DNA of 42,730 nt from Nemertoderma westbladi (Eukaryota; Animalia; Xenacoelomorpha), in contig JAUCBJ010005850.1 in assembly GCA_032718475.1 (NCBI GenBank), positions 1-42,730 of the forward strand. The letters run 5' to 3'. The translations under genes were made by a program, and so were the position numbers. Positions 23,938-33,659 of this stretch are shown one piece after another (within the stretch, counting starts at the first letter, position 1; each line of letters starts with the position of its first letter). The notes under the pieces were generated by a model that saw nothing but the letters and a program-made list of their open reading frames with translations, was not told the DNA's origin and did not search any database.

Positions 23938-25430
23938 CTAAGGACTTAAAGCTCATCTATCACATCATAGTAGACATGTACCGTACAACAAGAGTCCCAC
24001 AAGAAATGAAAACAAATAAGTTGGTGCCAGTTCCCAAGAAGGGCAACCTAACACTCTATGGTTCTTTTCGGGGAATCTCATTGATCTCGATTGCTGCAAA
24101 ACTATACAATAGAATTCTATTAAATCGCATCAGGGATCCCATTGAGAGACTGCTACGTGGAAATCAGAATGGGTTCCGTAAAGGTCGTGGGACCATGGAG
24201 CCCATTTTGGCACTTAGAAGGATAATTGAAGAGTTATCAAAAAAGAAAGACAGGCATCTGGCTGTTATCTTTGTTGACTTCTTCAAGGCCTTTGATTCAG
24301 TCTCTCGCTCACGTATGTTCAGCATACTTTCATTATATGGGATTCCTGATGAAATTATTGCAGCAATCAGATCAGTATACGATGGTTCGACAACATTTGT
24401 GTCTACTGTTGACGGTGACACAGAACCATTTGAAGTGTTATGGGGCGTCCTCCAAGGAGACACACTTGCACCATTCTTGTTCATTATTGTGGTTGACTAT
24501 GTTCTACGCATGTCCTTAGATCATCATAATGATGATGGGGTGATGATAACTCCACCTACTGGCTCCAGAAGTCGAGGAAATCCTACCAAGTACCTAACTG
24601 ATCTAGACTTTGCTGATGACTTAGGAGTACTCTCAGAATCATTAGAGGGAGCCCAGCGGCTCCTCAGCTCATTAGAACATGCTGCTTCTAGTGTTGGTCT
24701 TTTTATTAACTCCAGGAAGACCAAAATTCTGACAGTTAACTTTGAAAGTCCTCAGCAAGTCTCTGATCGGATGAGCATAAGCTCAAAGGATGGTATGCTT
24801 GAGCATGTGGACGACTTCTGTTACCTGGGATCATGGATCCGGAAGTCAGGTGAGGACCTTCGAATACGTAAGGGAAAGGCATGGGCAGCATTGAATAGGC
24901 TTTCCAGGATTTGGAAGTCACCTAGAATTAATCGGAAACTTAAGGTCCGATTATTTAGAGCAGCAGTAGTTCCAGTACTCCTCTACGGGAGTCCATGCTG
25001 GGCTCTAACTGCTGAGGACACCAAATCTCTGGATGGCACATTCACAAGAATGCTACGCCGGGTACATTGTGTCAAGTACAATGCACACATCTCCAACCAG
25101 ACACTATATAACATTGGAGGTGTCTCATTGGTTCCCCCAAGCTTGACACTAGAACAAAATCGCCTCCGCTTTGCAGGACATTGCTTTCGCCGTGAGGACC
25201 AGCCAGTGCATAATCTTGTACTTTGGCAGCCTCATGGAGTAAATAAGCATGTTGGACAGCCCATGACTTTCTTGAGACGCATCTTAAAGGACACTGGCCT
25301 TAAAGATGCGGATGATCTAGCAAATGTCATGGGTGATAGGGAGTTGTGGCGGTGCAATTTTGTTGACAAGCCGGCACAGCATTCTTAAAAATGCAGCTGC
25401 AATGCAGCATGCCGATCCTAGTAGTAGTAG
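23938..25430 (+). mobile_element. 5'-truncated RTE-like non-LTR retrotransposon nested antisense in BEL gag
   Basis: RT ORF, short 3' UTR and (TAG)4 tail at 25419-25430; gag sequence resumes on both sides. Confidence 0.92.
23976..25388 (+). CDS. Non-LTR reverse transcriptase, 470 aa, uninterrupted, no endonuclease domain
   Basis: PVPKKG..FRGISL, QNGFR, FVDFFKAFDSV, GVLQGDTLAPFLF, DFADD, FCYLGS. Confidence 0.95.
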   Translation: MYRTTRVPQEMKTNKLVPVPKKGNLTLYGSFRGISLISIAAKLYNRILLNRIRDPIERLLRGNQNGFRKGRGTMEPILALRRIIEELSKKKDRHLAVIFVDFFKAFDSVSRSRMFSILSLYGIPDEIIAAIRSVYDGSTTFVSTVDGDTEPFEVLWGVLQGDTLAPFLFIIVVDYVLRMSLDHHNDDGVMITPPTGSRSRGNPTKYLTDLDFADDLGVLSESLEGAQRLLSSLEHAASSVGLFINSRKTKILTVNFESPQQVSDRMSISSKDGMLEHVDDFCYLGSWIRKSGEDLRIRKGKAWAALNRLSRIWKSPRINRKLKVRLFRAAVVPVLLYGSPCWALTAEDTKSLDGTFTRMLRRVHCVKYNAHISNQTLYNIGGVSLVPPSLTLEQNRLRFAGHCFRREDQPVHNLVLWQPHGVNKHVGQPMTFLRRILKDTGLKDADDLANVMGDRELWRCNFVDKPAQHS

Positions 25431-26228
25431 TTATGTTTGGTACTGGGGTTGATGTTATCATGTTGGGGCCCATACACATATCGGCACTACCCACCTCCTC
25501 CCCTGGGTATATATTATATCCCTGCATGTTATAGTCATACTGGTGGGCAGGTACCGGAATAGGCCTATCCACTTCATGCATACCGACCGGTATGTACGCC
25601 GCAATCTCCGGGTCAATCCCATCGCCCGTGCTACCCTATTACCTACACTATCTCTCCCAGCATGGCCTATAGTACAGTATGTGCAGTAAGGCCTACAGTA
25701 TGTCCTGCATTCTGCCTGTGTCCTTCCGGACCGAAGTTTAATCTTCTCGAGTATTCCAAGAAGTCCTCCCCGCGGCTACCATATTCTTGATCGGCAGCTA
25801 CGTTCTGACGGGAAGTTTCTCTCTGATCCCCTCTCCTCTCTTCATCCTCGTACCGGTACACTTTGTACCACCTCTCCCAGTGTGTGGTATATTTCACCAG
25901 GTTGTGTTTCTCCGGGTCGACAGCAATCTCCCGAGTACGACCCCACCAGCTCTCTTTCTCCATCTCGACTACTGATGGTTCACTGTCCGTCCTTCCCCTC
26001 CGGTTGTTCGTAGCAACACTTCCTCGCTTCTCCTCGCCTCGTCCGATTCCAGTATAGTGTTCTCCCTCGAGAGATCTCGCTTCGACCTCCTGGATAAACT
26101 CCACTGTTCTTCTTCCATCTTTCGACTGGGCTCGACATTTTCTCACTGGCCCGCTCACGGCGCCAACGTCTCTCCCTCTGCCCGGTTGGATGGCCCTGGG
26201 GATATTTGCAGTCCCCCTACTATCCTCT

Positions 26229-26492
26229 GTCGTCGGGTGCCATGGCTCACTTAACTCATTGCGCGCATTGTCCACCGACACTCGTGGGACATTGTCTGCC
26301 CCCCCCCCTCTCGCCCGCCGTTCGGTGCCACAGTTCACTCAACTCACCGCCACAATACCCGTCGACGCTCGTGGGACATTCTCTCCCCCCCCCCCCCCCC
26401 TCTCGCCCGCCGTCGGGTGTCACGGTTCACTCAACTCACTGCGCACATTACCCGTCGACGCTTGTGGGACATTTTCTGCCCCCCCCCCCCCT
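26229..26492. repeat. ~90-bp tandem repeat x3 with poly-C runs inside BEL gag
   Basis: GTCGGGTG(C/T)CA..AACTCA..GTGGGACATT..Cn repeated three times. Confidence 0.9.
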
Positions 26493-26907
26493 CACACGTC
26501 ACCTCTTACTTCGCCCCCACGCTCCCCTCTAGTCGACGCGTTATCTCTACCCTCACTGGGTTTATTCACCCCCACTCCTCCCAGCATAACTGTGTGGCCT
26601 TGTAGGCCCTCATTGGGCATATCGCTTGTTCCCCCTATGGTTGTATTAATTGCACCGTTAACAGTCTTGCCTTGCTAGTTTGCTGCTTTAATTATATTAT
26701 TTTGATTATCTCCTCCAGCGTTATTTATTATATTGTTATTTGAATTATTACTATTTAAATTATTTGAATTATTTTGCCCTACATTATTTATATTATTATT
26801 TAAATTATTTTGTACACCAACATTAGGATTATTACTACCGGGTAAAATATTATTTCCTGCAAGAAAGTTTTGGTTAGTATTAGGGTTATCTATTACGGTA
26901 CTATTAA

Positions 26908-27956
26908 GGGGGGTAGCGCATTTTCTGACCAAAAAGTCGAATTTTTGAAACATATCCTATCCGATGCAGAATTTTATGCTGAATCCAAATATGGAAACCG
27001 TTTTCCCATATCTTGCTTAGTTTTCGAGATATCTGGGATAGAACATATTGGCTCCGATATATCGCGATATTGGTAAAGGAGATGAAGTTTGGGGTTTGCA
27101 TTCAATTTCTGCCATTGTCTGTGCTCAGTGATCCTAATTGAATGTCTCCACGAGAAAGAGCACAAAATTTTAATTAAGAAGGTATTTTTTTAAGATTATT
27201 GGAGCTACTGATCAGTTTATAAGACAACTTCAAGTCTCCGGAATGAAGACGGGACTCGAATAAGTGACTCTGTGGTCTTTGCGGGATTACACGGAATAGA
27301 CTTATCGGTCATCGGAGATCTTCAAAATGTATAATCTCCAGTTCTAGTGGTCGTACAGAGTTCGCTTTGGGCTCATTCGAAAGCAATCATAACTTGAACA
27401 AATATTGCAAGGCATATTTTACCCAAATTCATGTTATGTTGCTTCACAACCATTTTGTCTTAAATCAAATGGTAACATTGTTCTCTAAGAAAAGAGCTTT
27501 TGAATGAGCCTAAAACGAACTTCGTACGACCACTAGAACTGGAGATTATACATTTTGAAGATCTCCGATGACCGATAAGTCTATTCCGTGTAATCCCGCA
27601 AAGACTGCAGAGTCACTTATTCGCACAGTCTTCATTCTGGAGACTTGAAGTTGTCTCAAGTCGGTCCAATAATAATAAAGAAATACCTTCTTAATTAAAA
27701 TTTTGTGCTCTTTCTCGTGGAGACATCCAATTGGCACCACTGATCACATAAATTTGCAGAAATTGAATGCAAACCCCAAACTTCCATCACCTTTACCTAT
27801 ATCGCGATATATAGAAAGCCAGTATATTCTATCCCAGATATCTCGAAAACTAAGCAAGATATGGAAAAATGGTTTCCATATTTGGATTCAGCATGAATTT
27901 CTCCATCAGATAGGATATGTTTCAAAAATTCGTCGTCAGAAAAGTCACTACCCCCC
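26908..27956. mobile_element. Palindromic MITE (1049 bp), Kolobok-type, TTAA TSD
   Basis: TTAA|GGGGGGTAG...CTACCCCCC|TTAA; inverted arms ~26908-27385 and ~27495-27956; purine-purine termini plus TTAA fit Kolobok. Confidence 0.9.
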
Positions 27957-29448
27957 TTAATATTAACTCCCTCAAACGTATTATTATTATTACCCCCCCC
28001 CCCCCCCCCGCCCGTACAGTCACACCAGGTCGGGTCGGCCAGGTTGGGTCTGTCGTCCGGTACCTGTAAGTGGGGTATTAACATCAAGGTTTCCATCACC
28101 TCTGGTTCCTCATAAATACTACCCGAACCAGCCTCACTCTCCGATAAACCCATTTTTGCCAGTTCTAACTGGCGCTTTTGCTTCGCTTGGTACTCCATTA
28201 ACCCCCTCAACCGGGTATGCATATCATCCCGCAAGCATTTGCCCGCTCTCTCTCTCTCTCTATCCTCCCTGATACTCTGGTCAGCTAACTCCGCCTCTCT
28301 CGCAATACTCTCAGCCATCCTCACCTCCCGCTCTTTGCGCTCATTCGTACCTCTCGCCTCTCGCTCATTGCGCTCGTTCGCCTGTCTCTCCTCCCGCTCT
28401 TTACACTCATTCATTTCCCTCTCCTCACCCTCTCTATAGTTTCTCGCCACCCTCTCGGCCCTCTCTTTACACTCTCTCGCTAATTTTCTCTCCCTCTCTA
28501 GTAATGCAGTTCCCTCGTCCAACTGCCTTTCTAGTTCCGTTTGATCCAGCGCAACAATGTCTAATTGACACGCCAGATCTATCTCTAACACCCGCCTTGC
28601 TTTCACTGAGGATGTAGCGGACTTTTCGGTTGTGACGGACTCCCATCGCCTGTCGGTCCTACTAATTTCCCCCCATTTGCTGGGGTTCCTACTAACCGAC
28701 GACACCGAATCCTCGGGATTAACCTCGCATTCGCCGTCGTGCGGGTCCGCCCATCCCGCTAACTTAATCCCCCTCGCATCCACTAAGTAAGGCCCTATGT
28801 ACACCATGTCTGCTTCCACCACCTCGGATCGCCACAATTCAAACAGTTCTGTGGCGACCCCCCTCGCCCTCTCACTCGCAAATTCTCCCTGTCCAAATCG
28901 GACTAAGTAGCGGAAATGTTTGTTGCACTCAGCTAGCCTCTGATATAGTTTGGGCTGGTCTACCTTTCTCCCTTCCTTAGCGTCCTTTCGCATCCTCTTC
29001 GTCACGTTGTAAGCCTGTCGCAATCGATCACTCGTCCCGATGTCCTCCTCGTTCATTCCACCTTCCCTCCTCGTCTGGCACCATACCGTCGGCCCCACCA
29101 TCGCCATTCCGGTAGGCCGTTCGTCACCCTCAGCCTGTGGTTGGCCGGTGACTTCGGTACTTCAACCGCAGTCAGCATATCGCGTCAACTCGTCACTTAT
29201 CCCTCCTTGTTGTCGGCTGCCCTCCGCTTGGATACCTGGATCGTCTCTCGCTGGCGAATCCGGGGGAGGTGGGCCGGTATCGTCTCGTCGCGGCCTCATG
29301 AATTGTTTGGTCCGTATCGCTCGGGGTCCGCGGCAGCATTCTTTCTCCTTCCGAGATCTGGGGCGTATCTCATGGTTGATCGCTCATCTTCTCGGTTGCG
29401 TTGTGGTCACAGTTGTTGTGTCGTTAGTTTTGACTCTATAGTTTTGAC

Positions 29449-30102
29449 TGTGACGGGACTGGTAGAGTTGACAGTCTCAGTCCAGACCAGTGAAGGTTGT
29501 ACGCATTGTTGCGTCGCTGGCTAACTGCTGGATATGTTAGGCCGACGGCCGTTGAAGAACAAAGAGTTAAATTGTCAGTGTTGATAATCACAGGAAGTCT
29601 AAATATGATAATATGCAATGCACAGTAACAGTATTAATTGTGACAACAATAACAACGACGGTCAAAACTATTCCGGTCTCACAACCGTAACGGAATTAAC
29701 TAACTCAACTGAACTAATAATGAGTGATCACAAGGGTTATACCATTGACACATATTGGTTTTAGCCCTACACTACTGGGCGCCATCTAATACCCAATGGA
29801 TGCGTTCTTGTCCTCCCCAATGTGCTTCCCTGCCCATTATTGGCTTATATACTAATTGTCACTTCGCCACTCCCTGTTGGTGTTTCCCAGTGGTGCTAGC
29901 CTCACTAGCTGGTTTCTCCCTCTGAGGTGGTTTGACCTCTCACCTCTCACTGTGGCTTACGGCGTGTATCGCCCCCCCCCCCCCCCCCCCCAGTTGGTTA
30001 TGAGGTGAGAATATTATTGGTAATCTCACATCGCCAACTATATTGGTAAAATGCCTCTGGTCCCATTTCGGTGGGTAATGTAGGGAATTGAATCCGCTTA
30101 CA
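29449..30102 (-). repeat. 5' LTR of the BEL/Pao element (654 bp)
   Basis: TGTGACGGGACTGGT...ATCCGCTTACA, both ends shared with 18542-18672. Confidence 0.93.
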
Positions 30103-30264
30103 ATTCATCAATATCTGAAGCACATAATAGAGGAATTTATTAAATTATTTCAAATCCAATTTGCAAAGAATAGCATAGCCATATGGCATAGATAATATAG
30201 GCTTAAGTTAACAAAATAAATCGACTTTATATTGTTTTGGTAATATAAGATGATATTTGCTTAC

Positions 30265-30387
30265 CATTGCATGAAACACCATTGCCAGAATAGCCTGAAT
30301 TGCATGCACATGTAAAACTACCATCATTGTTTGTGCAGCTAGCATCAATATGGCAATTATCAGAATTGGTAGAACATTCATCAATAT
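30265..30387 (-). CDS. Calcium-binding EGF exon
   Basis: 123 bp, canonical splice sites, near-identical to 18153-18275. Confidence 0.92.
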
Positions 30388-30537
30388 CTGAAGCACATAA
30401 AAGAGGAATTTATTAAATTATTACAAATCCAATTTGCAAAAAATTGCAAAGCCATATGGCATAGATAATATAGGCTTAAGTTAACAAGATAAATCGACTT
30501 TATATTGTTTTGGTAATATAAGATGATATTTGCTTAC

Positions 30538-30660
30538 CATTGCATGAAACACCATTGCCAGAATAGCCTGAATTGCATGCACATGTAAAACTACCATCAC
30601 TGTTCATGCAGCTTGCATTAATGTGGCAATTATCAGAATTGGTAGAACATTCATCAATAT
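30538..30660 (-). CDS. Calcium-binding EGF exon
   Basis: 123 bp, canonical splice sites. Confidence 0.92.
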
Positions 30661-30862
30661 CTGAAGCACATAAAAGAGGAATTTATTAAATTATTACAAA
30701 TCCAATTTGCAAAAAATAGCAAAGCCATATGGCATAGATAATATAGGCTTAAGTTAACAAGATAAATCGACTTTATATTGTTTTGGATGAGATGATATAA
30801 AATGATATAATAAAAGAAATGAAAAAATGAAAATGATTTAATATAAGATGATATTTGCTTAC

Positions 30863-30985
30863 CATTGCATGAAACACCATTGCCAGAATAGCCTGTATTG
30901 CATGCACATGTAAAACTACCATCACTGTTCATGCAGCTTGCATCAATATGGCAATTATTGCTATTGGTAGAACATTCATCAATAT
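30863..30985 (-). CDS. Calcium-binding EGF exon (most upstream one seen)
   Basis: 123 bp, CGTCAG acceptor and GTAAGC donor; ...CMNSDGSFTCACNTGYSGNGVSCN. Confidence 0.9.
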
Positions 30986-31500
30986 CTGACGATCAAAAAA
31001 ATGGGAATTTATTAAATTCTAAATTCGTAAATTAAAGATTTAAGTGGTCCGACATCCATATTCAATTTCAAATTATGTAAGTGATTAAACGGAACAATGG
31101 ATGGGGAGAAAATATAAAAATCAGTTTTTTTGCAATATTTCGGACACCTTATGGAAGACCGCCGTCGGAAGGGACTAATTAACTTTATCGTTCCTAAAAT
31201 ATTTTCCTTACAGTGCTGTACTTTATTGGATTATCATTTCAGTAGATGTAATTGCACTAAAGCGGGATTTTTAAATATGTGCAGTGCTTTGCGTTTCTGT
31301 ATTCTGGTCAATACTCAATACAATACTGCCTGAGTATTGTATTACATCTGGGTTAGTATTAATGCTACTGTTACTCAATTGTATTTTAAATTTAATATTC
31401 ATTTATTTAGATAATTATTTTTGTCACATGCGATTCACTGCATATAATATAATATATTAGTCATAGACGGGAATTACTGTCGCTGGGACTTCACGACTGA

Positions 31501-31723
31501 TGTTACCGGTAGTACTGGACTGCAGTACTTGACTGAATTGAGTACTGCAACCGCAGCACCGCATACCGGTACTGCGATAAGCAATACTGCATACGGTCAG
31601 ACTGTCTACTCTGTTTGTGTTTTATAGTTACTGTATTGCAGTTATACTTGAATAATACTTAACGTCGAGTTGTTTCGCCTTGTGTCTATCTTATAAGCTA
31701 ACCGGGCTTTGGCTGTATCAACA
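31501..31723 (+). repeat. Putative 5' LTR of the Gypsy element
   Basis: TGTT...AACA boundaries just upstream of gag; no second copy and no canonical PBS to confirm. Confidence 0.4.
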
Positions 31724-31752
31724 CTACGACTACGACAACTGAAGAATATAGG

Positions 31753-32595
31753 ATGGCTCCTAAGCTCTCAGACTACGTCAAGAAATACAGTGGTAGTGAA
31801 GACCCGTATCCATGGCTACAGATGTTTGAAGACACATTCGAAATTCTAAAACTCGAAGCCAAGTTGATGGAAGAATCGAGGCCGACGTATCTGCGGTTAT
31901 CCTTGGAGGGCCCGGCGTTCGCTGTTATTAATCGATTACCGACTGACAAGAAAAACGATTATGAAACGGTCAAACGTGCTTTAATCAAAGCTTTTGCAGT
32001 TAATCCATACACTGCGTATGACCAGTTCAAACAAAGGCGTTTGAGTGAAGGAGAGTGTGCGGATACATTCCTCGCCGATCTTCGTCGACTGTTATCGTTG
32101 GTTACGGGTGGCGCTATGGAAACTCATGCAGTGACGTCAATTTTGGCAGGGCAATTTGTTAGTGGACTTCCAGATTCAATTTGGAGCGAAACTAAAGCAT
32201 TGGTCTCTGATGAAATGGATCTCGATCAATTACTCATTCAAGCGAGGAGGTTACTTTCGGAGAAACAAGCGGATGACTCTTCGACGACGATGAATGTTGT
32301 GGGTGCAGTGGGCGGTTTTGGACCAAGGAATCGTGTGCGAAACAATTATCAGGGTGGAAGACGTGGTTACTCGCAGGGGTGCTATCGTTGTGGCGATAAG
32401 TCCCATTTTGCTCGAGAATGCAGGAAGAATATGACTACTTTCAATGATGATGGGTCGAGCAGGGGTAATAGCGATGGTCGCAGCACAGTGGTTAATCGGG
32501 CAGACACAAATAGAGCATCGGAGATGAGATGTTATCAGTGTGGGGGAACCGACCACTTGGCGCGGGGGTATATTGCTCCTCCGGGAAACGAATAG
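31753..32595 (+). CDS. gag: Ty3/Gypsy Gag with two zinc knuckles
   Basis: CYRCGDKSHFAREC and CYQCGGTDHLARG(Y); retrotransposon gag-like N-terminus. Confidence 0.9.
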   Translation: MAPKLSDYVKKYSGSEDPYPWLQMFEDTFEILKLEAKLMEESRPTYLRLSLEGPAFAVINRLPTDKKNDYETVKRALIKAFAVNPYTAYDQFKQRRLSEGECADTFLADLRRLLSLVTGGAMETHAVTSILAGQFVSGLPDSIWSETKALVSDEMDLDQLLIQARRLLSEKQADDSSTTMNVVGAVGGFGPRNRVRNNYQGGRRGYSQGCYRCGDKSHFARECRKNMTTFNDDGSSRGNSDGRSTVVNRADTNRASEMRCYQCGGTDHLARGYIAPPGNE

Positions 32596-33420
32596 GGGGA
32601 AACGGTTTGTGTGCCAGTGGACATCCACAATGGTATAAAAACTGGTGATTTACCAATGGTTGAAATAATGGGCGGGGGTTGGAAGAAAATTGCGTTATTG
32701 GACACGGGGTGTTCGGGGAGTCTCATAACAAAGAAACTGGCTGATCGCAGTGAAGGAGAATGGAGCACCGAAAATGAAAGAAAGGACATCACAATGCTGA
32801 ACGGAGAAAAAACCTATACAATTGGTGTATTTACAACACAAATAAAAATACAGGAATTAGGTGAAGTTAAATGGAGTTTCACAGTTGTTGACTATATTGT
32901 AGGAGGTATGGAAATAATAATTGGTTGGGATGTCATAAAAAATATGAGTTGTATCCAAATATGTCGCGGTCATGGGGATGAGTGCAACACAGAATTGTCA
33001 CCTAGGCAACTGACAATACAATGTGTAGCGGCTGCAATTGAAGAACGTAAATTATTAAGAATCGATAAAGATGATTTTTCAGCATGGTTTAATGGAAGTT
33101 ACTGGACCGTTGAGTATAAATTTAAGAATGGTAAAGGTCCTGAAGTGCTACACAATACTGTACATGAGTATAATATTTCTACAAAAAATAGACAAAAATA
33201 CAGAGAGGCGGTGCAGGAGTGGATCGACAACAGTTGGCTGATGGAGCACCCCGGTGAAACAAAGGGAACTATTCCGCTTATGGGCAAATATGAAGAAAAG
33301 AAAGATTGTGTTAGGCCGATTATGGATTTTAGGGAGTTGAATAAGTATATTATTGATCAACTGGGAACTGAAGCCGCCGCTAGTATTGAGAAGCTTCGAA
33401 AGTGGTCAAAAATGGGAAGT
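32596..33420 (+). pseudogene. pol: Gypsy pol: aspartic protease and start of RT, truncated
   Basis: ALLDTGC, IIIGWD, VRPIMDFRELNKY; homology ends at about 33420. Confidence 0.88.
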
Positions 33421-33657
33421 CAAGTCCGCTGGATTGTCGTCAGTTGGGCAGTAGTGCCACCTGTCCAAGTTCGTTGTTGCTCTTATCTCATCCACTCTGT
33501 TAGCTACGAATAAGGGATAATGCGTCTTTCGTTATACAACCCTCCCAATACTACCATGGAATCTGTCCAGTAGTGCGTCTCTACTATAGTTGGTATCGTG
33601 TTCACCAAGTACGCTGTCGCTCTCACTCCTAGTCTCGCAGCCATTAGCTCGACTTTC
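33421..33657 (-). mobile_element. BEL/Pao RNase H fragment related to the 18.5-30 kb element
   Basis: KVELMAARLGVRATAYL..YWTDSMVVL, then after a frameshift FVANRVDEIR..WHYCPTDDNPADL. Confidence 0.9.
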
Positions 33658-33659
33658 GA

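Larger units (their letters stand above)
22739..29107 (-). pseudogene. gag: BEL/Pao gag, long and interrupted by a LINE and a MITE
   Basis: Coiled-coil E/R-rich N-terminus (27957-29107), N-rich tract (26675-26903), PFKFDGSKPEEYLQF..LKYLRVYTGG..AWRALDREYG core (23409-23825), CQFHKNGFHKTMNC motif. Confidence 0.85.
18542..30102 (-). mobile_element. BEL/Pao LTR retrotransposon, defective, with two nested insertions
   Basis: TG..CA-bounded LTRs at both ends, 5-bp TSD ATTCA, gag-PR-RT-RNaseH order on the minus strand, PPT next to the 3' LTR. Confidence 0.96.

Noticed and set aside
19436-29524. Plus-strand ORFs over the BEL element (e.g. 21729-22511, 20083-20679, 26190-26678), other than the RTE RT
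   Set aside because: Antisense shadows of GC-richer coding sequence with no recognisable motifs.
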